Assembly: GCA_964270895.1 (NCBI GenBank)
Contig: OZ185435.1
Source of the DNA: Podarcis filfolensis
Lineage: Eukaryota
Direction: 5' to 3' (one strand)
Length of the DNA: 64,000 nt
The position numbers and the translations under genes are program-made. Below the pieces are notes generated by a model, which was not told the origin of the DNA, did no database searches, and was given only the letters and a program-made list of their open reading frames with translations. Below are positions 48,821 through 61,221 of the stretch, one piece after another; the stretch's first letter is position 1; the number at the start of each line of letters is the position of its first letter.

Positions 48821-50464
48821 ATTTATCATCTGTTTCGCCCAGAATATTAATCCTCACCTCATTGATAACTCCAGCCAGTGTTAAGAGATGAGAGTTGATT
48901 AACAATGACAGATTGGGCAACCACACTGCAGAGTGCCTGTACAACCAGGGAAGCCAATAAGATTTAAATGGCACTTCTTATTTAGAAATCCATTCCCATG
49001 GAAACAGATGCATACTTAATGAGGGGAATGGAGATGATTTCAATAATGATGGATATTGGAACAGTGGGCAGAGCCAATCAATAACAATTAAGCACTTAGT
49101 CTACTAAAGCTATGGTTCTATATAGCAGGTTATATACACATTAGTTGGACCCCGATTCAAGACATGTTTTATAGAACGTCTTTATGCTTTGCTGTTAATA
49201 TTATTTGCTTTCATAATTGTGGAAGGCACTGCTTGGGTTTCATATGCTACCAAGCCTATTTTCTGTTTCAAAAAGAAAAAAATGAATATATTAGAAGAAA
49301 CAGACATACTAGGAAATTCTTGGAATGGTCCAGATGTGACATCAAAAATGAATTGCAATGTCAAAGACCTACAAATCTGATTTGCTGTTAGTATTACCAT
49401 AAACATACATTTGTCAGTTTGTTGCTTGTTATTGTTGACTACTTACATACGTAGCTTCCAAAAATTGGATTCCTTATCCATATAGAAGTCACACCTCACT
49501 AAATTCTGTGTAGGGTTTCTAACATTGTATTCCTGTTTGTGACTCTTTGAGAAGCCAATAAAGTGAGCTTTGACTATAATAGGTTTATTTGGATATGCAC
49601 TACTCAAGTGGGGGCATTCACCAAAACAAGGGTCTTTCTTCACAACGGAAGAACAGAAGTGTCAACAGAATGTTTGATGTAAAATTCTAGACTGCAGAGA
49701 AATGATCCCTAGAATAACCAGAAAAACCCACAGTACTCTGGAAGCGGGCAAGCTCATGCTGAAAAAAAGAGCCACTATTATAATCCGGGATTGATGTCTT
49801 TGAGACACGCAAATAAGAAGATTGTTCTACCTGTTGGGAGCCTTTCAGTAACCCAGACATATCGCTACTTACTGTGGATTGATAATAAAGGGAGGGAATA
49901 CAGTATTTTTCATCAGTAATGTCACTATGCTATAAACCCATTCTTTTCATTTAGGAACCATTCTCTTAGAGTTCCAGATCACCATTCTGGAACTTTGGTT
50001 TTGGATGTTAAAAGGTTGGGCTTCTAACGACAGAAGGTTCCTGACAAATGTTGAAACAATAGACAATCCAGACTAGGCTGGATTTTATTTAGACTAACTA
50101 AACAAACCTTGAAACTCAATGGCCAGCCTAGACACTGAGGTTGCAACCCTGACTCCCGTTTTGTAGTCCTTAGCCTTTTGACTTCTGAAGGACAATGAAT
50201 TCAGGTAGGGTTTGGTTATGTGATAGAGATTTCATTCATTGGCCATTGCCTGTCAGTTTTCAGAGTCATCTGCAATTTTTGCCCACCAGCACTGCCCGCT
50301 TCTAGGTATGACAGCCAATGTGTATGTGTAGCATTTTCATTGACACACCTACCATGGTAGCTGACTCTGAGCAGCAAGTCATTTGTTTAAGTCTTTGATT
50401 GGAAGTTGGCAGTGTTACTGAGAAGATCTCCTTATACCCGTCATGCTCCTCTGCTCACATCTTG

Positions 50465-50730
50465 GTCCCACAAGATGCAATGATGGGCACCAATTTGGAT
50501 GGCTCAGAAAGAGGATTGAACAAATGCATGGAGGATAGTCCTATCAATGGCCACTAGCCATGGCTGGCTATGTTCTACCTCCACTGCCCTACCTCCACTG
50601 GTTGCTGGGAATCACCAGTGGGGAGAATGATGTTTGTGCTCAGGGCTTTCCATAGGCATCTGGTTGGCCACAGGATGCTAGGCTAGATGGGCCTCTGGCC
50701 TCATCCAGCAGGGCTCATCCTGTGTTCTTA
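50465..50730 (+). mobile_element. CR1 3' remnant
   Basis: ggattgaacaaatgcatggaggatag...ggctagatgggcctctggcctcatccagcagggct...tgttctta. Confidence 0.65.
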
Positions 50731-52838
50731 TACATGCAGAAGTGTCACCATGAGAAACAACTACAGCAGAGTCTACATGCTGGCTGTTACCTGTATACCA
50801 TACTTTTGCAAGATCTCAGAGAAACAGGGCTCGTGTTGTGAACTCCTGGCAACACACATTATTCAAGCATTTTTCTAATGTTGCCAAGACACCCAGATGC
50901 ATAGAGGTCTACTCATGCACCCAGCGACAGTCTTATGCACCATTTTGCTGTGCATTAGACTTCAGTTTATTAAATTCCAGCTTCAGCTGAGAGAGAGCAG
51001 GTTCTTCGCACTTCTTAGAGAAAGGCACTTCTTTCTCTGCCCTTCTAGCAATTTCAGGGCTAATTGCCTTTGAATGTGTAAATGCAGATAATTAGAAGAA
51101 TCATATGTAGAAAGGATTAGACAGAGTGTATGCAGAACAAGTCAAGTATTTGATTCTCCAATTTAATTTTGGATCTAATATCAACTTTAAATAACAGAAA
51201 GAGCCATAAGATTTATCATCCTCTCCTCTCTAGGGGAAACACATCTGCTTCGAACCTAATCAGCCACGTTCTATCTCCAGTGCTCTGCACACAAATGCTA
51301 ATGAGGGAACGTTTATGTGGCAGAACAAAAATGGATCATAAACACTGCAAGTCAGATGTGGCAACTAAAAATTGCCCTGCACATTTTCATGAAGATTCAG
51401 TGCCTGCCTTATGCAATCTCTGTTACTCCTCCTCCCCGCTTCTCATGAATAAAAATTAGGAAAGGGAGACACATAAAAAAGAAGTGCATTAAAAAACTAA
51501 AACCACATTTTCATGTGCATTGCACACCTATACACTCACAGTCTTGCTCTTGTGTACACACACACACACATCTGTATGCAGAGCAATCCTTCTTGTGGAT
51601 TAATGTTCTTTGCAAGCTGTGTGGTGTGGTGACTCATTGTTCTGGAAAGTACCATTAACACATGAAGCTGCCTTTTACAGAGTCAGACCATTGGCCTGTC
51701 CAGGCTAGGACCACCACCCTTGATGGGCCTCCCAGGCCTCCCAGGTTTCTGGCAAAGGACTTTTCCACTCCTGTTACCTAAGATCCATTTTAAATCAGAG
51801 TAGCCAGGAATTGAATGCAAAACATGCACTCTGCCACTGAGATTTTCAGATGGTTGTATGGTTGATGTGCCAGGCAGACTTGGGTAATATGATGCCCTGA
51901 GCGAGGACAAAATTTGATGCCTCCCTTAAATAATTCCTATTTTGACAATAATTCAGTTTGTCACAGCTGCCTTTTCAATGGATCTTCTCAGTAGGTACCC
52001 ATGTAAATATAGGTTTTAAATTTAAACTTTTTAATTGCTACTTTTTTGCACCCCCTCAGCTTGGCACCCTGTGAGGAGGACCTGTCCTCACTGCCTTAAA
52101 TCCGCCACTGAGTGTGTATATGCTCATACATCTCCAGGGACCACAGAGCATCCTTAGCCCTGGGTGTGTGACACAGAGAATGGAATATAGCATCATTGTG
52201 CTTGTAGACTTCTGTGGCTAAATACAGATGACCATTGACATTTGTAACAATGGGTACTAATCTGAACTTTTTACATGGTTTATTTCTATGGATCATGCCA
52301 TCTGCAGATAGCATAAGTTTAATTTAAAATATACTACTCATGAGCTACCTGTGACCCTGGTACAAGCTCCTATCTTATACACGACCTGGAAAAAACCCCA
52401 TAGTTCCAAAAAAAATCAGAGCACTCTGTGTTTGCCAGGAAGACCTGGTTACCAACTTCCTGCAAGCAGGTGTCAATTCGACAACAGCAATCTCTTTTAA
52501 TGGCAATTCACGATTCAGGAACTGTCAAGATAAAGCTATGGTCTTCCCAAAGTTGACGCCATGTGCTCTTCACTTCAGAGACGGTTCATAAAACACAACA
52601 GTACACTAAGAAGGAACAAACAACAGGGTGTTGTATTATTTCCTCACAAAGGAAGCCCCCTCTCCTCTCCATAGAAGTTAGAGTCAAAGGGTGGTTAGTT
52701 AGCTCACAGCACCAGTGGGGGACCCCCCCTTTGCTTCTCAAGGATCAACACTGTTGCTTGGCTGGCACAGAGTTTTGAAGGGTAGACCTTAATTCTCACA
52801 CAAGGCACAGATCTCAACTCCCATAACTTTGCTATTGT

Positions 52839-52840
<2 letters not shown>

Positions 52841-52909
<69 letters not shown>
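52841..52909. repeat. (TAA)11(TTA)12 AT-only palindrome
   Basis: Read directly; centre of symmetry between 52873 and 52874. Confidence 0.95.
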
Positions 52910-52911
<2 letters not shown>

Positions 52912-53871
52912 TATTATTTATTATTTATACCCCGTCCATCTGGCTGGGTTTCCCCAGCCACTCTGGGCAGCTTCCAACAAAACACTAAAATACAGTAACC
53001 TATTAAATATTAAAAGCTTCCCTAAGCAGGGCTGCCTTCAGGTGTCTTCTAAAAGTTTGGTAGTTATTTTTATCTTTGACATCTGGTGGGAAGGCGTTCT
53101 ACAGGGCAGGTGCCATTACTGAGAAGGCCCTCTGCCTGGTTTCCTGTAACTTGACTTCTCGTAGTGAGGGAACTGCCAGAAGGCCCTTGGCACTGGACCT
53201 CAGGACAGAACGATGGAGGTGGAGACGCTCCTTCAGGACTGAGGCTGTTTAGGGGTTTGAAGGTCAGCACCAACACTTTGAATTGTGCTTGGAAATGTAC
53301 TGGGAGCCAGTGTAGGTCTTTCAAAACTGGTGTTATATGGTCTCGGCAGCCGCTCCCAGTCACCAGTCTAGCTGCTGCATTCTAGATTAGAAGAAGAAGA
53401 AGTAGAGTTTGGATTTGATATCCCGCCTTTCACTCCCCTTCAGGAGTCTCAAAGCGGCCAACAATCTCCTTTCCCTTCCTCCCCCACAACAAACACTCTG
53501 TGAGGTGAGTGGGGCTGAGAGACTTCAAAGAAGTGTGATTGGCCCAAGGTCACCCAGCAGCTGCATGTGGAAGAGCGGAGACGCGAACCAGGTTCCCCAG
53601 ATTACGTGACTACTGCTCTTAACCACTACACCACACTGGCTCTCAGTACATTTCTGAGCTGTAGTTGTAGTTTCCGGGTCACCTTCAAAGGTAGCCCCAC
53701 ATAGAGTGCATTGCAGTAGTCCAAGCGGGAGATAACCAGAGCATGCACCACTCTGGCGAGACAGTCCGCGGGCAGATAGGGTCTCAGCCTGCGTACCAGA
53801 TGGAGCTGATAAACTATTACACAGCACCTCAAACTATTGACCTGCACCTCCATGGACAGCTGCGAGTCCAT
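52907..53871 (-). mobile_element. L2 LINE 3' fragment split by a SINE
   Basis: Peptides ISRLDYCNALYVGLPLKVTRKLQL (ORF 53626..53871) and HITPVLKDLHWLPVHFQAQFKVLVLTFK (ORF 53070..53363); L2 tail at ~52920-53000. Confidence 0.92.
53391..53641 (-). mobile_element. Squam3-type SINE inserted into an L2 element
   Basis: Same sequence as 36530; L2 sequence resumes on both sides (...cattctagattag | ...ttgtagtttccgggtcacc). Confidence 0.85.
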
Positions 53872-54762
53872 TGGCCACCCTCATCAGGCTAATGTCCACC
53901 TCCATCCCATCTACAGCTGGGTAGCAACTTGTTACTGCCAATATCTAAGTTTGGATCAGCTTAGGCTAAGAAAAGGGCTGCACTTCTGCCTGTGTCCCTG
54001 ATATCTTCCCACAAAGCTTCTCTGCCAGAGATAATTACATGAGTCAGGCAATGCAAACAAACAGCATTATTTTGGGATGCAATAAGCAGAGACTGCCTTT
54101 GCGACACAGAAGCCATTCTGCACCTTCCGGTAAATAAACATTTTTCATGCAGACATCTTTTAAAAGAGGCAATAGGCCCACAGCACCGCTCAGCCTTAAT
54201 GAGCATATGAAGGCAGGGTCATAGGTATATTTCCTTCTCTTTCTCTTTCTTTTCCTTTCCCTCCCCCCTCCGACCGCCCTGCTAGCCTAATGAGGAAAGT
54301 GACAGACACTGAAACACTTCACACTTGAGTAATTTCCCAGGCATCAACAACTGCAATGTTCATAGAAGGTGCCGAGTGGGGAGAGGGGGTGGGGGTGGGG
54401 GTGGGGGGAGAGAGAAAGCTATACAATAAATGTGGACTGAATGCATTGGCCAGAATAAGTTATCACTAGGATAGAGATCTTGGGGCAAGCTCCCCTAGGA
54501 AATTTAAACCAAAAGAGTCAATTTAAGGCATCCCTAGCAGTGCATTCAATTAAAATTAAATTTGAAAAAAAGATTGCGGGAGGTGGGGAGAGGAGAGAGA
54601 TCAGCTGCTGTTCCACTAGACCACCTGCCCAAAGGAAGAAGGGAAGGGAAGAAAGGGGCGGCAAGGGAGAGATAGACAGGCAATGACCCTGCCCCATTGG
54701 TGTCTGCAAGCTGCTTGCAAATTGCTGAATAATATCTACTTTTCTCAACTGTCCATGCAACC

Positions 54763-54765
<3 letters not shown>

Positions 54766-54813
<48 letters not shown>
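54766..54813. repeat. (GAAA)n microsatellite
   Basis: Read directly. Confidence 0.95.
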
Positions 54814-54814
<1 letters not shown>

Positions 54815-55686
54815 AGTCTTTCCTTCTTACATGTTTAAGACGCTGGCACTCACTTGCAGATGACACCTCCCTTTGCCCCCTTTTAAAATAAGTTCTATTT
54901 TTAAGGCAAGGTTTTATAAACCGATGTACATCAGAAAGGCAACATATGCAGCAAAAAATAAAGTGTACACAGCAATTTAAAAAGCAGACCTTAAAAAGGA
55001 TAAAATTGCAAAAGTCCACAGAGCGTAGTATAAAAGGGCTGAGTCACCCTTTGCAAGAGAAAGCTGCCTTAAAAAGATGCGCTTTCAAAAGCCACCTGAA
55101 AGCAAAAGTGCTAGCTAGGTGCTTAATGGGTGCTGGTACTTTTACAGGGTGACTGGAAGCCAAAGCCAAAAAACAAAAACCCAATGGGGTAGGCAAGAAA
55201 AAAAGGCTAATAGAGCCAGTGCGTTTTGGCCTTACTGGTACAAAGAGAAATTCAGAGAACAATGGTTCAAAATGCAGATGTGCAGCCTCTTTAATCTCTT
55301 GCACTGCAGACATGGTCGCACACCTGAATTTTGAGTCTGGGTCTGAAGTTCCCTTGCAGTGTGAACCGCATGGAGGGTGAAAACCTTGTGTGTTGCTACT
55401 GGCAAACCTGGTGAGGAATTGGGTTGGGGAGGAGGATGGATGGACTGCAGGAAGATGGAGGAGGGACAGAGAAAAAATGAGGTTTAACAATCCTGGTGTG
55501 CAGAGCAGGGGGAGTGGGTAATGTAAAGTGCAGAAACATGTGCACTGTGAAAAGAAGGGGCAACAAAGGTGAGGAGTCGAGAGTAATCTTTGGTGATGTC
55601 AGAAGATTGTGAAGATTGTACAAAAATGATTTTTTCCTCCATGCTCCTCCTCAATATGCTGTTTTCAATCTAGGTTGATTCTAGAA

Positions 55687-55939
55687 CATGGGTAGGCAAA
55701 CTAAGGCCCGAGGGCCGGATCTGGCCCAATCGCCTTCTCAATCTGGCCCGCGAACGGTCTGGGAATCAGCGTGTTTTTACATGAGGAGGATGTGTCCTTT
55801 TATTTAAAATGCATCTCTGGGTTATTTGTGGGGCATAGGAATTTGTTCATTTCCCTGCCCCCAAAACTATAATCTGGCCCCCCACAAAGTCTGAGGGACA
55901 GTGGACCGGCCCCCTGCTGAAAAAGTTTGCTGACCCCTG
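55687..55939. mobile_element. hAT-type non-autonomous element
   Basis: catgggtaggcaaact...tttgctgacccctg termini, ggcccg subterminal motifs, degenerate TSD ttctagaa/gtctagat. Confidence 0.8.
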
Positions 55940-57406
55940 GTCTAGATCCTGCTGTCCCCAAGAGCGGCTGTCGTTCTTTGATCCATGCTGGAATACCCTC
56001 CCTTCAGTTAGATTATCTACGTCTGTTCCTCCCTGCAGATGCCCGAGGTGGTTGAACAAGGAAGTGGTTTTGCAATCTCGGTTTATGCCCCCCAATGCAT
56101 TCACTCCCCATTGCCAGGAGCTCCTTCATCTATTTCCAAATGGACACACTGTGAGGTAATGCAGAATCAATATGCATTGAGTGTACATAAGAAGAGCCTG
56201 CAGGATCAGGCCAATGGACCTCTTTTTCTAGAAAAATAGCACCGAACAAGAAGCCATTTTCAGGGGCAAAAAATATGCAACAGATCTAGGTTGTGAGTGG
56301 ACTACTTAGAAAAATTAAGTGCTTCAGTCTCCATTGATTCTAGAATAAAATGTGTGTACGCAGTCCGAATGCATCCCTCCATAGATTACTTAGCAAACAT
56401 ATGAAACCAGCCCCAAGCTGGCACCATTCAGGGTGGATCTGGGTGAAAAACCCATTTAAAATCTCAACGTGATCCCACCCTGCCCCCAACACCCTACTGC
56501 GTGAAGTTATCTTCTGCATATCAATAACATTCTTGGGACTGGAAATATATGCGAAAGGTATCACCCAAAGACATATAGAGAAATAACCTCCCCTGTTCGA
56601 GCGAAGTCTAATTATTCCTAGCATTTAAAAAATAACAATGAATGAGCAAAATAAAATAAAAAATGTGCCATGTATCTTATGTGAGCATTGTAATTAACAT
56701 GGAGTCTTTTAAAATTCCTATCTGATGCCCATGCTAGTTACAGCACATATTTAATATATGCAAGAGCTACATCTTTTCGAGGTTTCTTTTACTTTATTCA
56801 AATTACTAATCATTTAGATCCTATCTGAAAGCCTTTCCTCCCTCGCTCCCCATGCATGCTTAACCTAATTAACTATAAATGAGAAAAAATGCTATTCGCA
56901 TAAAAAGAAAATGTTAACCTATAAATTATCCAGCTCTCCCTACTGTAGCTGGAAACGCCTCCCTTAGAAAAGCTGAAATTTTGGTGCAGTATTCTTGGCA
57001 TGCAGCGTGGTGAGCATCTCGCAGAACCCTGCCCCTGGCCATTTTATGCAATGAAAGGCAACATTTTGCTTTTATCGAATTCTCTCGGATGTTTCCAGAA
57101 TCATATCAGGCTCTACAGCCATATTAGCAGTCAGCTCGAAAACACCAGTCAGTTAGGTCATTATGGCTCAGGGCTTTCCTTGAGCCACATTTTAGCTTCG
57201 GAGACCAATCTCAGCGCCAAGGCTTAATTCAAATAACAACAAGGTATTTTTCTGAGCATGTGCAGAGACACATATTTGAAAGCGGGCACAGCTCAGGGGT
57301 AATGCACATGCTATGCACCCAGAACACTCCAGGTTCAACCTCTGGCATCAAGTTGCAAGTCATGGAGAAAACTGCTGCTTGAGACTTTGGCTGCATTCAT
57401 ATCATA

Positions 57407-57652
57407 CAGTGGACGCTCGGGTTGCGAACGTGATCCGTGCGGGAAGCACGTTTGCAACCCGCAGCACCGCATCTGCGCATGCACGGGTCGCAATTCAGCG
57501 CTTCTGCGCTTCTGCACATGCACAAAGCGTGATTTAGTGCTTACTAAATCACAAAGCATGATTTAGTAACCCATTCTGGTACTTCCAGGTTCGGCGTGGT
57601 GCGCAACCTGAAATTGTGCAACCCGAAGCATCTGTAACCTGAGGTATGACTG
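57407..57652. mobile_element. Tc1/mariner (Tigger-like) MITE, related subfamily
   Basis: TA|cagtggacgctcgggttgc...gtaacctgaggtatgactg|TA; CpG-rich. Confidence 0.8.
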
Positions 57653-57663
57653 TACATTGAAAG

Positions 57664-58104
57664 CAGTGCCAGATTTATGTATAAGCTAAACAAGCTATAG
57701 CTTAGGGCCCCACTCTTTTTGAGGCCCCCAAAAAATTTAAAAGAAAAACAACAACCTGGATGTACATATCCAAAATATAAGATAAAAAACAAATAAAATA
57801 AAACCTACATACAGCAACAGTGTTTTGTGTTGTGTAGGCTCCTATGATGTAGTGTAATAATTATTTCATTATTAATATACTTCTTCTTAATTGTATTTCA
57901 GTTCAACAACTACTTTGATAAAATACATATTTTGTTGTGCGCAAGTGGCTTTAGATAGCTATTAGGTCCATAAATTACCATATAGCATATATTCAACACA
58001 AAAAACAGCGACAATTTGTTGTTGACAAACTGGACAGCTGGGCATATAAAGGGCCCCATTACCTTCAGTAGCTTAGGGCCTCATCAAACCTAAATCTGGC
58101 CCTG
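57664..58104. mobile_element. hAT-type non-autonomous element
   Basis: 14-bp TIR cagtgccagattta / taaatctggccctg (13/14); 8-bp TSD attgaaag/atggaaag (7/8). Confidence 0.8.
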
Positions 58105-58919
58105 ATGGAAAGCATCGCTGCCAAAGAATCCTGAGAACTGTAGTTTGTTAAGACTGCTGGGAACTGTAGCTTCTTGGGAGGGGAGGAATGTATTTTAAAT
58201 GGATGGCGTGCTCACAATTGTTAGTAGACAACATTGCACTGCAAGCGCCAGTGGCCTGACTTTGCATAAGACTGTCTTTTATGCCTGATCATCTACCTAC
58301 TTGCCGATAAGTGATTCAAATCCAACCCATGGATAGAATAAAGGGGGGAAAGAGAGAATCACTTCCAAGCTGGTCAAAACATGCACATGATCACCTGCTA
58401 AATCATTAATTGTAGGTTTCACAATGAGAATTTTCAAATCAGCTCTGACTGCATCCTTGTAGACAATTTAGGTGCAGTAGTATGATTCAGGCGGTGTGCA
58501 CGAAATGATTTGCTGGGGAATCATTCGTTCTAGTGTGCGGTTTGGTCAAGAGAACTCTTAATTGAAATATACTCAAAATATCACCTTTATTGATATATTG
58601 CAACATCTATATTAGTCGGTTAACAAGCTATTTAATTGGCTGAAAGCTAAAGTGTTAATCAGCTGACAACCTTAATTACCGGCGGTGCTGGGTGGTGAAT
58701 GGGAGCCAGGAGTCAGAAGCCAAGAATCACAAACCAGGAGTCAAGAGCTGGGGCTTAGGCACAATAATACTATTATTATCCAAACAAAGGCAGTGTACAC
58801 ACACACATTTACTCTTCATCCAGTGCGCTACCACTGCCGGTTGGGGTTTGTGCATGCGATGGTAGTCACAATTCATATCTATCCTGCTATCTGTTCTTTA
58901 GTTTCTTAGGAAATGCTGT

Positions 58920-59112
58920 GTTTTATTTGCTATTTATTTATTGCTTTTTTTATCCTCCCTTCCCCAATAAGGAGCTCAAGGTGGCAAACATGGTTCTGCC
59001 CTTGCTCAGTTCATCCCCACAGCAACTCTGTGAGGTAGGTTAGGCTGAGTGGGGATTTGAACCCTGATGCCCCAGGTCCAGCACTCTAAGCACTGCACCA
59101 CACTGACTCTCA
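58920..59112 (-). mobile_element. Older MIR/Squam3-like SINE remnant
   Basis: ccccacagcaactctgtgaggtagg CORE-like segment, gggatttgaaccc B box and gcactgcaccacactg head. Confidence 0.6.
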
Positions 59113-59349
59113 CTGGCTCTGGACGCATTTCCTCCTAACCTGCTTTGATCTGAATTAAGAAAAAGAATGATGTAATTGCATTTGAAGCTGGCAATGCACG
59201 TGTAGCCGAAGCCACGATATGAACGGGCAAGCAAGCTGGTGTTCTGTCTATTTCTTCCAGATCAGGGGAGGCCATTGGGAAGTCCACTTTAGAACACAGT
59301 GAACACTCTACAGCCCAGATAACACTTAATAATAATAATAATAATAATA

Positions 59350-59725
59350 ATTTATTATTTGTACCCACCCACTCTGGGCGGTTTCCAACAAAGATTAAAA
59401 ATACATTAAAATGTCACACATTAAAAACTTCCCTGAACAGGGCTGCCTTCAGATGTCTTCTAAAAGTCTGGTAGTTGTTGTTCTCTTTGACATCTGAGGG
59501 AGGGCGTTCCACAGGGCGGGTGCCACTACCGAGAAGGCCCTCTGCCTGGTTCCCTGTAACTTGGCTTCTCGCAGCGAGGGAACCGCCAGAAGGCCCTCAG
59601 CACTGGACCTCAGCATCCGGGCAGAACGTTGGGGGTGGAGATGCTCCTTCAGGTATACTGGACCGAGGCCGTTTGGGGCTTTAAAGGTCAGCACCAACAC
59701 TTTGAATTGTGCTTGGAAACGTACT
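59350..59725 (-). mobile_element. L2 LINE 3' fragment
   Basis: ORF 59449..59700 VLVLTFKAPNGLGPVYLKEHL...FSVVAPALWNALP; collinear with the other L2 copies. Confidence 0.9.
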
Positions 59726-60176
59726 CAAGACCTCTAGCCCCAATGGCTTTTAACATAGGTTAACAGAGTATTTAGTTTTATGAATTTTGGGGTTCCTGGT
59801 TCTCGCTCTAATACCTCTTAACAACGACCAAATCCTCAAATCCTAGGTCTCATAGAATCACAGGTGTGTAGAGTTGGTCCCTGAGGGACATCTATTCCCA
59901 ACCATTTCAATATAGGAATCACAACTAAAGCACCCCTGGCCATTTTGTTTTGCTTCCCAACTCTGCCTCTTAAACCATAACTATAAAGAGTGATGCCACT
60001 GCCTCCGAGGAATGATAAATTAGGGATGTCTCCAGACAACCTGCATATTGACCATTCATAATGATCTTCTTTTATTTTTTATTTGGCACGGAAATTAGAC
60101 AATGTTGGCTATGTGGAGAGCATTCGTTCCAATTGGTTTGCAATTTCGCAAAAGCACTGAAAAAACACAATAGTTT

Positions 60177-60530
60177 CAACATAAGAACATAGGAAGAGCT
60201 CTGTTGGATCTGACCCAAGGCCCATCTAGTCTACCATCCTGTGCTCACAGTGGCCAACCTGATGCTCAGGGAAGGCCTGCATGCAGGGCATGAGCGCAAC
60301 AGCACCCTGTCCGGCTGTGTTCCTTCCATTCTTCCTCTCATGATCTCCAGGCATATTGCCTCTGATACTGAACGCAGTTCGCAGACGTCCTGACTCGTAG
60401 CCATTGACAGCCTTCTTCTCAATGAATTTATGTCTTTTAAAGTCATCCATGCTGGTGACCACCAGCCATCACTACTCCTGTGACAGAGTATCCCAAATTT
60501 TCACTGTGCACTGCAAGAAGTACTTCCTTT
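60177..60530 (-). mobile_element. CR1 LINE 3' fragment (older family)
   Basis: aacataagaacat tail; ggcccatctagtc and tcatccatg motifs; ORF remnants MVTSMDDFKR..KFIE. Confidence 0.7.
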
Positions 60531-61194
60531 TTTAGCTGAAGATGATAGCACATTATCCATGCTGTGCTCAATTTATTAATTTCTTTACCCCACCCCTGTC
60601 TCTTGTTGAATAGGTTGTGCAGGGTTTTGAAGCGCTATTAGAAACTTGCCAAACCTGTTCACCAGAGACGACAGTGGAATAAACGTTAACACCTCAAGAT
60701 TCTATTCCACTTCAGCTTTCTGGTGGTGGTGGGGATATTTATCGTCTTGTCTTCAGCCTGAAATATAACTTATTTTTTGCCTTTTCACAACAGCGGGATA
60801 CTCTTCCCATACACACTTATCAAAGGGCAAGCCTATGTATCTTGAAGGAATCCCAGCCTTTTGATGATTGGGGTTAAGCTGGTTTAGGATAATTTAAATT
60901 CTGTTTAAAAAATATTTAGAGTTTTAATTTGTCAGCTTTACTGTACTGAGTGTCGGTTGTAGTGCTGTGTTACCTGCCCTGAGCCAGCAGGATAGAAATC
61001 CAATTTGCTAAATAAGTAATCTTTTTGTAAGGCTGGTCATTTGCAGTACTTATGACTCTTCCTAGTGTTCCTTTTCCTGGAAAGCTGATAGGTCTTATTC
61101 ACAGACGACACACTCCAGCAGTTTGATAAATACATAACTACTTGAAAAGGAGTTTCTTGGGACACTGTGTGTTATTCATCAGGTCTTATATGGA

Positions 61195-61221
61195 CACACA
61201 CACACACACACACACACACAC
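61195..61221. repeat. (CA)n microsatellite
   Basis: Read directly. Confidence 0.95.

Noticed and set aside
46917-48974. ORFs reading through X runs (also 63306-63642)
   Set aside because: Artefacts of translating N bases.
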